From NCBI RefSeq assembly GCF_006345805.1, contig NC_043019.1, forward strand, positions 17,173,360-17,237,359: a stretch of DNA of 64,000 bases. The letters run 5' to 3'. Numbering within the stretch: the stretch's first letter is position 1; every line of letters begins with the position of its first letter. This DNA is from Octopus sinensis. Its lineage: Eukaryota. The notes beneath the pieces were generated by a model, which had not been told where the DNA came from, did no database searches, and saw only the letters and a program-made list of their open reading frames with translations. The position numbers were made by a program, and so were the translations under genes. This document shows positions 39,400-51,610 of the stretch, one piece after another.

Positions 39400-39760
39400 T
39401 GTCTACTTGTCCATGTTTGTCTGATTCAGACAGCTGCTGGTCTCCATACGTCCACAGCAGCACAGTCTTCTTTCTTCTCCACTGCATCTCCTTCCTATTA
39501 TACACACTTAATTTCTTTTTTCTAGTCTTTACAAATCCTTTCCACTCAGGGCCTGCGTCTCACAACCTGAAACTTTGCAATACTTAAACAAGAATCATAC
39601 AATCTGCTTTTCACCTTGAGAGAAACCATTTGTAGCTCCCTGAATTTCTTCAACCTCTTCATATTCTGGCGACCAGGCTTTTGGGACATTTTCCCTCACT
39701 GCTAATTAGGTTACCGAAGTAACAGAATCTATCAACTCCTTCTTAGGAGCCGTCCAGGCA
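39400..39760 (-). mobile_element. RTE LINE fragment
   Basis: FGNLISSEG and KKFREL..VSLKVKSRLYDSC are typical of the RTE post-RT region. Confidence 0.75.
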
Positions 39761-39944
39761 TCTGAAAGAATCTATTTTAGGAAGATTTTAAAATAAATTT
39801 ATTTAGTAAATAAAATTGTAGTTGCTTTAGAAATTTCTACATACATTAAAGAAAAACTTACAAAAATAAATATATGATGATGATGATGATGACATACATA
39901 TTTCTTTTTGTAAACATAATGAAAATACAGAAATTTATTTTAAC

Positions 39945-40490
39945 AAATCAAAATCAAAGTGAAATTCGATGACGGGCACGAGCACCATACAAGCGTGATC
40001 GTTGACAGAGCAGCTAACCGGCTTCCGTGCCAGTGGCACATAAAAGGCACCGTTTGAGTGTGATCGTTACCAGCGTCGCCTTGCTGGCACTTGTGCCCCG
40101 TGCTAGTAGGGTGCTAAGAGCACCATCCGAGCGTGATCGTTGCCAGAGTGGCTAACTGGCTTCTGTGCCGGTGGCATGTAAGAGGCACCATTCGAGCGGG
40201 ATTGTTACCAGCATCGCCTTACTCGCACCCTGTGCCGCTGGCATGTGTAAAAAGTTCGAGCGAGGTCGTCGCCAGTACTGCCTGACTGGCCCCCGTGCCG
40301 GTGGCACGTAAAAAGTACCCACTACACACTCGGAGTGATTGGCGTTAGGAAGGGCATCCAGCTGTAGAAACTCTGCCAGATCAAGACTGGAGCCTGGTGC
40401 AACCATCTGGTTCGCCAGCCCTCAGTCAAAATCGTCCAACCCATGCTAGCCTGGAAAGTAGACGCTAAATGATGATGATGATGATGATGA
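39945..40490 (+). mobile_element. Family C retroposon
   Basis: Internal ~55-60-bp tandem units, conserved core, (GAT)n tail. Confidence 0.85.
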
Positions 40491-40596
40491 TTTATTGGTA
40501 ATTTTAACATTTATTGAAAACACAAAAATTGATTTTAACATTTATTGATAATTTTTTCCAGGGTTGTGTTAGTAAAAATGTCATCAATACTTTCCA

Positions 40597-40602
40597 TTTA
40601 TT
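40597..40602 (-). terminator. Candidate poly(A) signal for TUBGCP5
   Basis: AATAAA on the minus strand about 500 nt after the stop. Alternatives are ATTAAA near 41025 and AATAAA near 40512. Confidence 0.35.
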
Positions 40603-41104
40603 TTGCACGTGTCAACTCTCACCTTGCACAACTGCAAGCAATGGTACAACATTATTTTAGACATATCCCAAGCATTCTGAATATAAATTAGATAACAATA
40701 AACTTATTTTTTGCCACCTTGCTTTCTTTTTTGTCATTTATAACTTTGGGAGGTCACAGAAGCATCCTGGACATTGTGGAAAAGTTATTCAAATGACAAG
40801 GTGAACGTGCCATTATGGCGGCTGCATCTTCACAGCTTGTGTAATTACATTCCCAGAGTTGTAGCAGCTCAAGTCGCTAGGTTCTGGATGACTTTCCATA
40901 AGACAGGCAATCTGTATCTTCTTATAAGGCACTTTGCGACATCCATGCACTTTCCACCGGCTCAGTCCACCTGACTGCAAAGAGGTTGTATAGCCATCTA
41001 GTACTTATTTTAAGGATGTTTCTTTAATCAGGTCAACACATCTAATATATTAAAGAAGATGTCTGACATAAATAAGACTTGCCACCTTCTTCTTAAGGTA
41101 ACGA

Positions 41105-41148
41105 CTATACACTGCAAGACATCGTTAAAGATGACAAAAGGTGCTCCA
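41105..41148 (-). CDS. TUBGCP5: GCP5 terminal coding exon
   Basis: ttgtttctttccag acceptor, phase 1 entry; LEHLLSSLTMSCSV-TAG resembles the GCP5 C-terminus LESLALSL. Confidence 0.88.
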
Positions 41149-41236
41149 CTGGAAAGAAACAAAAACAAACATTAGAAATAATTAGAAAATTACTATTCGT
41201 AAATCTCACAAGCAGAGATATTCAGCAACAGTACTT

Positions 41237-41478
41237 TGGAGTAGAGATTATTTACTAACATAACATGGCAGTCCTGGTTTAGGACGAATGTTGCTGTAAT
41301 TTAGCCCCAGGAGACATCGTCTCCAGCTGGTTATACAACACAGTCTGTGTCCTTATATTTTCGAACACAGACCATGTTGTATAGCCAGCTGGAGACGATG
41401 TCTCCTGGGGCTAAATTACAGCAACATTCGTCCTAAACCAGGACTGTCATGTTATGTTGGCAAATGATCTTTACTCCA
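41237..41478. mobile_element. Near-perfect foldback MITE in the last TUBGCP5 intron
   Basis: Arms ...CAGTCCTGGTTTAGGACGAATGTTGCTGTAATTTAGCCCCAGGAGACATCGTCTCCAGCTGG and its reverse complement. Confidence 0.9.
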
Positions 41479-41809
41479 CTAGAAATAATATTAAAATATA
41501 AAAAGCAAAAGAAATGAATATGAAGTGAATAAAGACACTTTAATTACAACATTGCAATACATTAACACAATAATAATTGTTATTTCATGAAATAAATCCA
41601 AAAGTGTACAATTTAGTTGTTTTAGAGATTTCTTTGTTGGTTCTTCAGTATTAAGAGAAAACTGTACTGCAGACAAAGACTTACAAAAACAAGTAATATT
41701 TGTCTGATGAAAATGTTTGATGAAAATAAAATTTGTCAGATGCAAATAACATTAATCTGATGAAATAATATTTGTTTAATGAAAGTAATATTAGCCATTG
41801 ACTTATTAA

Positions 41810-42030
41810 CCCTTTAGTGTTTGCATTATTCTGACAAAATTAATGCTTCTTTATCCGTATTGCTTTGAACTAATCATGCATTATCTTGTAGCCATGAGAT
41901 TTTGATGAGGTAGCTGTTAATTTTTAAAATGATATTGTAGGGTTGGTGTGAGAGACCAGATATGGCCAGTTTGAACATAAAACAGGCAGAATACTTTTGG
42001 CCGGATATGGCCGGTTTAAATGCTAAAGGG
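41810..42030. mobile_element. piggyBac-type MITE, family 2
   Basis: TTAA|CCCTTTAG...GCTAAAGGG|TCAA. Confidence 0.85.
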
Positions 42031-42259
42031 TCAACTTTCCTTTCCCTGCAAATGTTGTTATATGTTAGCTGTTTAATTATTTACTCATTAAATATGCTTC
42101 CACCTACATAACTCACAATAATTAGTGGATTCTAAATATTCATAAGGTGTAAATTATTTTGAGTGAATTTTTGTTTGAAGAATTCAAATTTTGTAGAACA
42201 AATGATTTAGTACTGGGGCGCCAGGAGAAATATGGTAAAAGAAAAGACTGATTTCTTAC

Positions 42260-42360
42260 AATGAGAATCTCGTTCAACTGTGATCTTTACAGCAGAACAA
42301 CACTGTAAAAATGGTATCCATTTAGTAAAATTCTCTTCCATTGCTGCCAAAGTTTCCAAA
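42260..42360 (-). CDS. TUBGCP5: GCP5 penultimate exon
   Basis: tttcag acceptor, GTAAGA donor; 101 nt, phase 2 to 1. LETLAAMEENFTKWIPFL resembles MESIEKMESDFKNCHMFL. Confidence 0.88.
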
Positions 42361-42607
42361 CTGAAATTAATCCAATTTTCAAAATATAAAAATTTGATGA
42401 CAAAATTAGATCAGTTCACATCATGAATATAATGGCGGTGCCCCAGCATGGCCACAGCTCATAAGCTGAAACTAGAATCAATCAATCAATCAATCATAAT
42501 ATTTGCATACTTCTTCATAATAGCTGTAGAGTCCTCATTACCTTCCTACATAGCAATAACTCCAAGAATGTGTAGTAATAATAGTGAACATACTGATCAT
42601 TAAACAT

Positions 42608-42989
42608 ACTCTTTTACTCGTTTCAGTCATTTGACTGTGGCCATGCTGGAGCACCGCCTTTAGTCGAACAAATCGACCCTGGGACTTATTCTTTGTAAGC
42701 CCAGTACTTATTCTATCGGTCTCTTTTGCCGAACCGCTAAGTAACGGGGACGTAAACACACCAGCATCGGTTGTCAAGCAATGCTAGGGGGACAAACACA
42801 GACACACAAACACATACATATATATACGACGGGCTTCTTTCAGTTTCCGTCTACCAAATCCACTCACAAGGCATTGGTCGGCCCGGGGCTATAGCAGAAG
42901 ACACTTGCCCAAGATGCCACGCAGTGGGACTGAACCCGGAACCATGTGGCTGGTTAGCAAGCTACTTACCACACAGCCACTCCTGCGCC
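42608..42989 (-). mobile_element. SINE family A
   Basis: Full-length copy, close to consensus. Confidence 0.92.
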
Positions 42990-43401
42990 TATGTTCATTC
43001 ATTATATATATATTATGTTTAATTTGCAGTCTAGATCTCTTGTTGGTAGTTTCACAAATCAGAAGGCTGGACGTGTACATGTGTGTGTGTGGATGTGCAG
43101 GCATGACTGTATGGTTAAGAAGCTTGCTTCCCAACAGAATGTTTCAGGTTCAGTCCCATTGTGTGGTATTTTGAACAAGTATAACCCTAGGCTGAGCTGA
43201 CTAAAACCTTGAGTAGATTTGGGAGACAAAAACTAAAGAAGCCCATTGTGTGCGTGCATGTGTGTGTGTACATATATATATATATATATCTCTAATGTAG
43301 GATAAATTTTTTTTTTTTTTTGAAAAAAAAAATTTTTATCAAATTTTTTAAAGGTATTTTAAATACCTTTAAAAAATACCTTTAAAGGTTAAATTATAAA
43401 C

Positions 43402-43705
43402 AACTTATAAATAAGGGCAAATTAAAAAATTTCTAATGCCGAAAATTGGACATATTGTCCATTTACCATATAATTTTTTTCCCAGTACACACGCTACTCG
43501 AAAAAAGTTCGACAGAAATCTCTAAAAAATTCCATTATTACCATATCGGACCAATTTCAGGGTTATTTCAAAAAGAACCCTCCCTTCGTCAGTGATACAT
43601 GTGGCAAAGAAGTAAATGAGATACTTACTCATACCCATGGAAGAAGCAAACACTAAGTCAATTTTCGGCATTAGAAATTTTTTCGTTTGCCCTTATTTAT
43701 AAGTT
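43402..43705. mobile_element. MITE with ~47-bp TIRs
   Basis: AACTTATAAATAAGGGCAAA..AAAAAATTTCTAATGCCGAAAATTG at both ends, inverted; right end in (TA)n. Confidence 0.85.
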
Positions 43706-43710
43706 ATATA

Positions 43711-43742
<32 letters not shown>

Positions 43743-43832
43743 AATATCAAAGGGTAATCTGAAATATTCAGCATTTCTATTACCAGTGGCCTAGCGTGTA
43801 AAAAATTTAGTCAATGGTTTATATATCATTCA

Positions 43833-43961
43833 TATAAATACAGTGTACATTTAAACACAAAAGAGGTATCCATCAAGGCATTACCTGCACTGTCCTCTCT
43901 AATGTGCAGGTAATCCTATGATAGATTCCTCTTTTGTGCTTAAATGTTCACTGTATTTATA
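43833..43961. mobile_element. Small foldback MITE
   Basis: TATAAATACAGTG..CATTTAA..CACAAAAGAGG...ATTACCTGCAC arms, about 58 bp each. Confidence 0.8.
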
Positions 43962-45960
43962 TATATATATGTTCTGTGCGTGAAAGTGAGTGTGTCTCCT
44001 TGTCTTGACATTGTGAGATATTCGTAAACAAGCATCATACAAGTATTGTCCTTCATTTGCAACCTTCAAAGAAAACATGGGGAAATACTACTGTTACCTT
44101 ACTTGGATATATGTAAGGGTTAGTGACAGGAAAGGTATCCAGCTGCAGAAAATTTGCTTCAACAAATTCTGTTTGATCCATACAAGCATGGAAAAGTGGA
44201 TGTTATGATGATGATGATGATGATGTATGCATGTTTAAAATAAGCCAAAAAGGATGACAATCACTCTTTTAACTATAATCAGAATTCTGTCCCCTTAGCA
44301 AAGAACAAGATGCATTTTTATAAATTTATAAGCTTAGAAAAATTTTCTACCCACACACATGTCCAGTTTCTGGTGAAAATGGAAATTATCTTCAAGATGT
44401 GATATTTGATTTATTTAAAAAAAAAATACCCAGTCTATTCTGTAAAGTGGTTGGCATTAGGAAAGACATCCAGCCATAAAAACCAAGCTGAGACAGAGAG
44501 TAGAGCCCAGGGCTTTGGCTCGCCAGTTCCTGTCAAATTGTCTGACTCGTGCTAGCATAAAAGACAGTCGTTAAATGATGATGAAAATCCATAGGTGAAG
44601 ACCAGTCAGATGAGTATCCAACGTTTTCACACTTTGTAGAAAGTTTGGCTCATAAAATAACCAGTAAAATTGCAAGACCTTTGGCATTATGTCGTGCTTG
44701 AGAAAAAGACCGATCAAGCCAAGTAAAATTGCAGTTGTGGCAGATACTGGTGTCACACAAATGGCACCCATACACTCTTGGAGTGGTTGGCATTAGGAAG
44801 AGCATCCAGCTGTAGAAAACCATACCAAATCAGACTGGAGTCCGGTGCAGCTTTCCAGCTTGCCAGCCCTGGTCAAACTGTTCAACCCATGTCAGCAAAG
44901 ACAGAGGACGTTAAATGATGATGATGACCATTTAACATTTGGCTTCAATGCCAACATGGCTTGGAATGAATCAATAATTCATGTGTTTAGTTGTTTTTAC
45001 GTCCATTTTCCCATGCCAGCATGGGTCATATGAATCTATTTTCGAGGCGTTGTTTGCACAATCAGGTGCTCTTTCTATTGCTGATCCTTCCAGTTTCACA
45101 AGTAAGGGGTCTCTTATTCCCTTTGAAAGTACGAAGTCAGCAAATGATTTGTTGACAGGGTAAATGACAACAACAACAACACCACCACCATCAACAGCTC
45201 AGTGATTTTTGGAGAAGCATAAATGTAAATCAGCAGACAGACTGACAGACAAATGGTGAGTTTTGTATGGCTTCTGTCGACCAAGTCTTCTAGTTGAAGA
45301 CACTTGCTTAAGGTGCTACACAGTAGGACTGAACCTGAAACCGCATGGTGGGGAAGCACACTTCTCAACCACACAGCCATGCATGCATCATGGCACCTTA
45401 TCCCCGCCATCTTTACCTTCCTCCCAGCTACTCTCACCACCCTTATATAAAGCAGGGTAGCCTCTATAGCAAAACACTTATACCTGCTCCTCTATCATAC
45501 TTTGACCGCTCAACACCTGGCAAAGAGCCACCTTCCCACATCAAATACACCTGAACACACACACACTCTCTCTCTGTCTTACTTGAGGGTTTTTTTTCTT
45601 GTCTTGCAAAATACTTGGCAACCTCACTAGTGCTGGCGCCATGCAAAAATGCACCCTAAACATGCTGTAAAGTGTGGTCAGCAGTGTAAACCATGCAAAT
45701 GCTGACACTGGAGCTTGACACAGTCCTGTGGACCAATGGATTCTTGTCAAACTGTCCCCACCCATGTCAGCATGAAAAATGGACATTAGATGATGATGAG
45801 GGTGTGTGTGTTGAGTTAGCAGGTTAATCAGGGATGCATATTTAAAGCAATTACTTCTTCACCCTTCAGTGGCTGACTCAGAGCTGATAAAGTAAACTGA
45901 AGGGGAGAAAAGTTTTGTCGGGAAACTAACGAGAGAATTACAATCAACTGTTTCTGTTTC

Positions 45961-46461
45961 TGGTCAGCCTGTAATGACATGCATAAGAGCTGGTCATCAA
46001 ATCTAAGTAGAGACTTCAAACTTAAAATCTTCAAAGTCACAGTCGAACCAATTCTACTATATGGCTCAGAAACCTGGACTTTATCAAAGAAGCTTGAGAG
46101 GCAGTTGGATGGAACCTACACTCGCCTCCTTATGAGAGCTCAAAATCTCTCGTGGAAGCGTCATCCAACCAAAATGCAAATATATGGGAAACTACCACCT
46201 GTGTCATCTCTTGTGAAAGGTAGGAGAGTCCAGTTTGCTGGACATTGTTGTAGAGCTGAAAACGAGGCAATTTCTACTCTTCTCCTCTGGAAGCCATCTA
46301 CTTGCGATATCAGAGGGCACACACTCTCCTACCCTGATGTAATCTCCAGGGATACAGGCATCCAGCAACAGGACCTCCGTAATGCTATGATGGACCGTGA
46401 AGTCTGGCATAGCATGGTAAATTCCATTGTCTCGACCACAGTCGAACAATGATGATGATGT
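45961..46461 (+). mobile_element. 5'-truncated RTE-like LINE with an intact C-terminal ORF
   Basis: 157-aa ORF with LLYGSETWTL and RRVQFAGHC, a (TGA)n tail, and a candidate TSD TGTTTCT at 45955 and 46459. Confidence 0.88.
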
Positions 46462-46579
46462 TTCTAATTAAAAGAACTTACACACACTCACAGGATTAAC
46501 TTAAACTGGTTGAGTAGAAAGAAAGAAACGCAGTAAAAAAAAAAGCTGGAATAAATTTGTGTGATGTTTTAGACTTGAC

Positions 46580-46788
46580 CTGATTTTATCAACTCCTTTC
46601 TTCCAGTGATTGCTGAGACGAAGGGCTATTGACAATATCTGCTCAAGCAAACCGCTGAAAACAGAACTCTTTTTCACCAGGAAACAATACTGAAGAATTT
46701 GTTCCAGATATTCTTCATGGCAAGTTAACATCTCATCCAGATCAACTGACGTGTTCAGTGAATTGAGGAATTCTCTACTATGAACTAT
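46580..46788 (-). CDS. TUBGCP5: GCP5 exon
   Basis: cttgcag acceptor, weak AG|GTCAAG donor; 209 nt, phase 0 to 2. SVDLDEMLTCHEEYLEQILQYCFL resembles DLDQLIKIHYRYLSTIHDRCLL. Confidence 0.92.
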
Positions 46789-46887
46789 CTGCAAGAACAA
46801 AAGAAAAATTCTTTAAATTTCTTTTAATGTTACCATATTCTTAGAGAAATAAATCAAAAATTAAAAGTAAGTTTTTAAAGGTTCAGT

Positions 46888-47056
46888 GGCGCAGGAGTGG
46901 CTGTGTGGTAAGTAAGTAGCTTGCTAACCAACCACATGGTTCCAGGTTCAGTCCCACTGCATGGCACCTTGGGCAAGTGTCTTCTACTGTAGCCTCGGGC
47001 CGACCAAAGCCTTGTGAGTGGATTTGGTAGACGGAAACTGAAAGAAGCCAGTCGTA

Positions 47057-47096
<40 letters not shown>

Positions 47097-47332
47097 TATA
47101 CATGTATGTGTGTGTGTGTGTGTTTGTGTGTCTGTGTTTGTCCCCCCTAGCATTGCTTGACAACCGATGTTGGTGTGTTTACGTCCCCGTCACTTAGTGG
47201 TTCGACAAAAGAGACTGATAGAATAAGTACTGGGCTTACAAAGAATAAGTCCCGGGGTCGATTTGCTCGACTAAAGGCAGTGCTCCAGCATGGCTGCAGT
47301 CAAATGACTGAAACAAGTAAAAGAGTAAAAGA
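46888..47332 (+). mobile_element. SINE family A
   Basis: Full-length copy with an expanded central (TA)n(TG)n. Confidence 0.92.
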
Positions 47333-47404
47333 GTCAAACATATCTCTCTGGAAACTCATAAATTTCCATTATTTGTAACTAAAAAAAGGTGAAGAAAAAA
47401 AATC

Positions 47405-48372
47405 ATCATCTTTTCTAAAGGAAGCCTGAAATTCTGTGGTGAAGGAGCGAGATGGTTATATCAACACCAGTATGCAACTGGTACTTATTTTGTTAACCTT
47501 GAAAGGCAGAATTTGGACTCAGAATGTAAAACAGGCTAAATGCTACTAAGAATTTTGTCTGGAATGTTAACGATTCTGCCAGCTTGCTGCCTTAACATCA
47601 ACAACAACAACAACAAATAGTAATAGTAATAATAATTGTGCTTGGATATGTACAAAGAGCGAGGGAATCAAGAAAGTATTAGCTGAAAAGAATGGATAGC
47701 ATGGTACCATAGGCTGCAGGTAGTAAGCCTGCTATGCATGCAAGACTCCAGGGGCTCCAACAGAACCTGTTTGAAAGAGAAAATAATAATAATAATAATA
47801 ATCCTTTCTACTATAGGCATAAGGCCTGAAATTTTGGAGAAAGGGCTAGTTGGTTACATTGACCCCAGTGCATAACTGGTACTTATTTAATCGTCCCCGA
47901 AAGGGTGAAAGATAAAGTCAACCTTGGCAGAATTTGAACACAGAACGTAAGGACGGACGAAATGCCGCTAAGCGTTTTCGCCAGGCATGCTAACAATTCT
48001 GCCAGTTTGAACAATAATAACAACAATAAGCACAGGTCGTCTGCTTCTCCCTCTTTCTGGAACCCAAACACAATTGCTGTTGCTGTTTCAATATTTGATT
48101 TTTCATGATGGCACAAGTGAACAAGATTGATCACCAACCTATATCTTTACTACCCACAAGGGGCTAAACACAGAGAGGACAAACAAGGACAGACAAACGA
48201 ATGAAGTCGATTATATTGACCCCAGTGAGTTACTGGTACTTATTTAATTGACCCCGAAAGGATGAAAGGCGAAGTCGACCTCGTCAGAATTTGAACTCAG
48301 AACGTAACGGCAGACGAAATACCGCAAAGCATTTCGCCCGGTGTGCTAACGTTTCTGCTGGATCACCGCCTT
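47405..48372 (-). mobile_element. Three tandem copies of SINE family D
   Basis: Repeated ...ACTGGTACTTATTT..CGACCCCGAAAGG..AAAG..GAATTTGAACTCAGAACGTAA at about 47405, 47800 and 48140; other copies near 1845, 19060, 50380 and 53070. Confidence 0.8.
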
Positions 48373-48498
48373 TTCATGTGCGGGGCAGGTTTTCAATTCT
48401 CTTCTAATAAATGCTTGGCAATGCTTGATTTAATGAATGAACATAAAACTGGAAAATGGTAGAGACTATGTGGGTACAAGACAGCATTATATAAACAA

Positions 48499-48865
48499 CT
48501 AGCAGTATCGCCCGGCATTGCTCGGGTTTTTAAGGGAAATAACTATATAAGCATTTTTAGAGATGTAAAGTATAATAGCCATCTCAATATGGCTAACCAC
48601 AAAGGGGGCGGGTTACTGTAGCTTTTTACGTTCTGAGATTTAATAATAAATTTTTAGAGAGTTACATATATGCCAAAAATGGGAAAAATTGATGGTAAAT
48701 TTTTTTTTAAATCGTAGACTCGCGCTAATACCCAGAAGGGCTCGATATGAATCACGACTATAAGATACCCGGTTTTGGTTAAACTGCACCACAAAATGTG
48801 GGAGTAGTTAGGAATCTAAATCGTAGGAGACAGACAGCACACAACTTCACTTTTATATATAAAGA
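48499..48865 (-). mobile_element. Non-autonomous Helitron, copy 1
   Basis: On the minus strand: A|TC start, 3' hairpin CCCGAGCAATGCCGGG, CTAG|T end, no TSD. Confidence 0.9.
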
Positions 48866-48917
48866 TATCAGAAATGGAGAATTGTAATTAACGAAAAAGT
48901 GAAAAACAAAAGTTTAC

Positions 48918-49060
48918 CTGATGCATTATATGAGAGTTAAGTGTATTTGTGAAATACAGTAAACGCATACGCAAAATGTGAAATCTGTGAATTGTTTCTT
49001 TTCGTAAGGCTTCTTGACTTGAAGTTAACTCTTTCCTATTTCCTTGAACCTTTTCCAGTT
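48918..49060 (-). CDS. TUBGCP5: GCP5 exon
   Basis: tttatag acceptor, CAG|GTAAAC donor; 143 nt, phase 1 to 0. IHRFHILRMRLLYFTNTLNSHIMHQ resembles IHRMFLLRVKLMHFVNSLHNYIM. Confidence 0.94.
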
Positions 49061-49769
49061 CTATAAATAAACATAGATGAAAAGCAGTGACATTGTATGA
49101 AATAATCATCATCATCATTTAACACCTGCCTTCGATGCTGGCATGGGTTGGACAGGTTGACAGGAGCTGGCAAGGATGGAAAGCTGCCCAGGCTACAGAT
49201 GTATGTTTTGACATGGTTTCTACAGTTTGATCCATACGATTTCCTTACATTCATTAATCTACTGATGCCAGTAAAACACAGAATTTCAATATAATCCGCC
49301 CCCCCACTCCACACACAAAGTGCATCATTAAGGACTTCCACATTAGACTTTTAATGAACAAAACTATAAAAGATAATTCTCAGTCTTTTAAAGACCAGAA
49401 ATACCGTTTTTAAATCAACAACACCTTTTCTTAGAAGTCAGCGATAAATTTTTAAAAATCAGCGAGAATTTATGTAAATCAATAGTACCATTTCTTTGAA
49501 ATCAATGATACCTTCTTCCTTATATATCCTCCATTATTCTGCAGATGAGTCATTTTATTTTCTTTAGCTTTTGCTTTTGTAGATACTTTATGTATTCCTT
49601 CAAACACAGGTTCACAATATTAGTTGCATCACATCAAAACTATTAACTTACTTTGGGTATTGCATAGAGTAGGAAAAAAGTTCTCATCAAAGAGAATTGG
49701 TAATTCAAAATATGATCCAAAAGAAAAAGTCTGTTCTGTTTGTGTTATAGAGAAAGACAACATGCTTAC

Positions 49770-49890
49770 CATCAAAGCGTAGAGTATCCAGGGAGAATTT
49801 TACACGTTTGATCTTCAGTAACATCTTAAATATCTGATTATATTTTGTAACACTTTTGGAGTTAATAATCATATTGACAGGCCATGGGAT
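49770..49890 (-). CDS. TUBGCP5: GCP5 exon
   Basis: cttcttcag acceptor, GTAAGC donor; 121 nt, phase 0 to 1. IPWPVNMIINSKSVTKYNQIFKMLLKIKRVKFSLD carries the GCP-family PWP...YNQ(I/V)F motif. Confidence 0.95.
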
Positions 49891-50080
49891 CTGAAGAAGA
49901 AACAATTTGTTTCATTATTTCCCCCTTATATGTCAGTGGCTTGATAGTAAGAAAAGGGTATGAAAAATAATTATTAAATATTTAATGATATAACGAAGAT
50001 CCACTACAATGAAGTCATTTGAATTACAAAAATTACAAAGAATGTAATGTTAAAAGATAGACTGAGTCGTGAATACTTAC

Positions 50081-50174
50081 AGCATATGCTAAGTTGATGC
50101 AATCTGTATCGTTCAACTGCATATCAGCATCGATGGTTGGTGGACGAGGGAGTTTCTGTACAAATACTGAAAGC
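50081..50174 (-). CDS. TUBGCP5: GCP5 exon
   Basis: T-rich acceptor, GTAAGT donor; 94 nt, phase 2 to 0. Encodes LSVFVQKLPRPPTIDADMQLNDTDCINLAYA. Confidence 0.9.
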
Positions 50175-50862
50175 CTAAACATAGTGAGAAAAAAAAAAAG
50201 ATAAATTTATCTGAAATAAAAGAAGAAAAACATCTAGTTGCAAGATTTAGCAACAGAACACAAGAATAGTGCCAACATCATACAACAATCGGCTGGTAGA
50301 GGGACTGATTTGACAAGAGCTGATTCTTGGGTTAAAAGGTTATAACTACAAACCTTGTCATAATAAATATTGGTTTCAAAATCAGGCAAAAGGTCAGCAA
50401 TTTTGGCTGAAAAGAGATAAGCCAGTTACATTGACACCAATGCCCAACTGGTACTTATTTTATTGACCCCGCCAAAAAATGAAAGGCAAAGGTGACCCTG
50501 GCATCATTTGAACTCAAAATGAAAAGCAGGAATGAACAGCCACTAAGTATTTTGTCTGGCATTCTAATAATTCTGTCAGCTCAACACTTGAATTCCTACC
50601 AAAGTAATTTCATTGGTTTTGAATTCTGGTTAAAAAAAAAACAGCAAATAATTTTTTGGTGAGTAGCAGTGGGGGGGGGGGGTGTATAATTAATTAAATC
50701 AACTCCAGTCCATGACAAGTAATTTATCATTTTATCAACACCAGCAGGATGAACATTAATGCTGACCTTGGCACAATTCAAACTCAGGCAGGAAAGAGTC
50801 ATAAGCAAATAACTGGAAAATATTTTGTCCAACCAAAACACTTTTGCCAATCCTTAGCTTAA

Positions 50863-51446
50863 CCCCTTACCCAACAATTATTTTGAAAATAAATGTATTT
50901 TTTCAGACATATTTTTTAATTGTTTTATTTTACTATGTTTTGAATGGTGATTTCGAGGTATATTTCAAACCTTATTTATTATGAATTTTAATTCAATAAT
51001 ATTGATTTTAAATTACCGCTTTGGGCAGAAACGAGTTAACCCGTTTTTTTCATAAATCATATTACTTTTACAAAAAATCATGTTATCTTATTTGGTTATT
51101 GACATGGTGGGGTTATAATATAAAGGTATAAAAAAAACAACGTAAAAACAAAGTGAATACTTCTATTCACAAAATGTGCCTTCCAACCCTTCAACTGTCT
51201 CCAGGTGACTAAATCATACACGGTCTTCAATGCCTTACTCAAGCGAAAGGTGGCAGAAATCGTCACTGCCAGATGTATAAAGTGAGCGAATATACTCGTA
51301 TATGTCAAAAAGGAGTTTATAATAGACAAAGGAACTCGTTTGCTGTCGATTTTGGCGAATCTATCTTTTGACGAGTTAACTCGCCAGAGATAGAAAAAAA
51401 ACGATTTCGGTCAAAACGCATATATTCGTTTCTGCCGGGTAAGGGG
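50863..51446. mobile_element. piggyBac-type non-autonomous element
   Basis: TTAA|CCCCTTACCC...GGGTAAGGGG|TTAA. Confidence 0.9.
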
Positions 51447-51610
51447 TTAATATTAATTAGTAATTTATGGTAATTAATATCAAAATAACTGTTCCAAGAG
51501 CAAGAGATAATGGTAGAACAATTTGATGATTAATTATCTGTTTGTCAAAGGATATGAAGATGGGGAAAGCAGCTAGCTTATTAGGGATAGTTGTTGAGAT
51601 GCTGTATATA

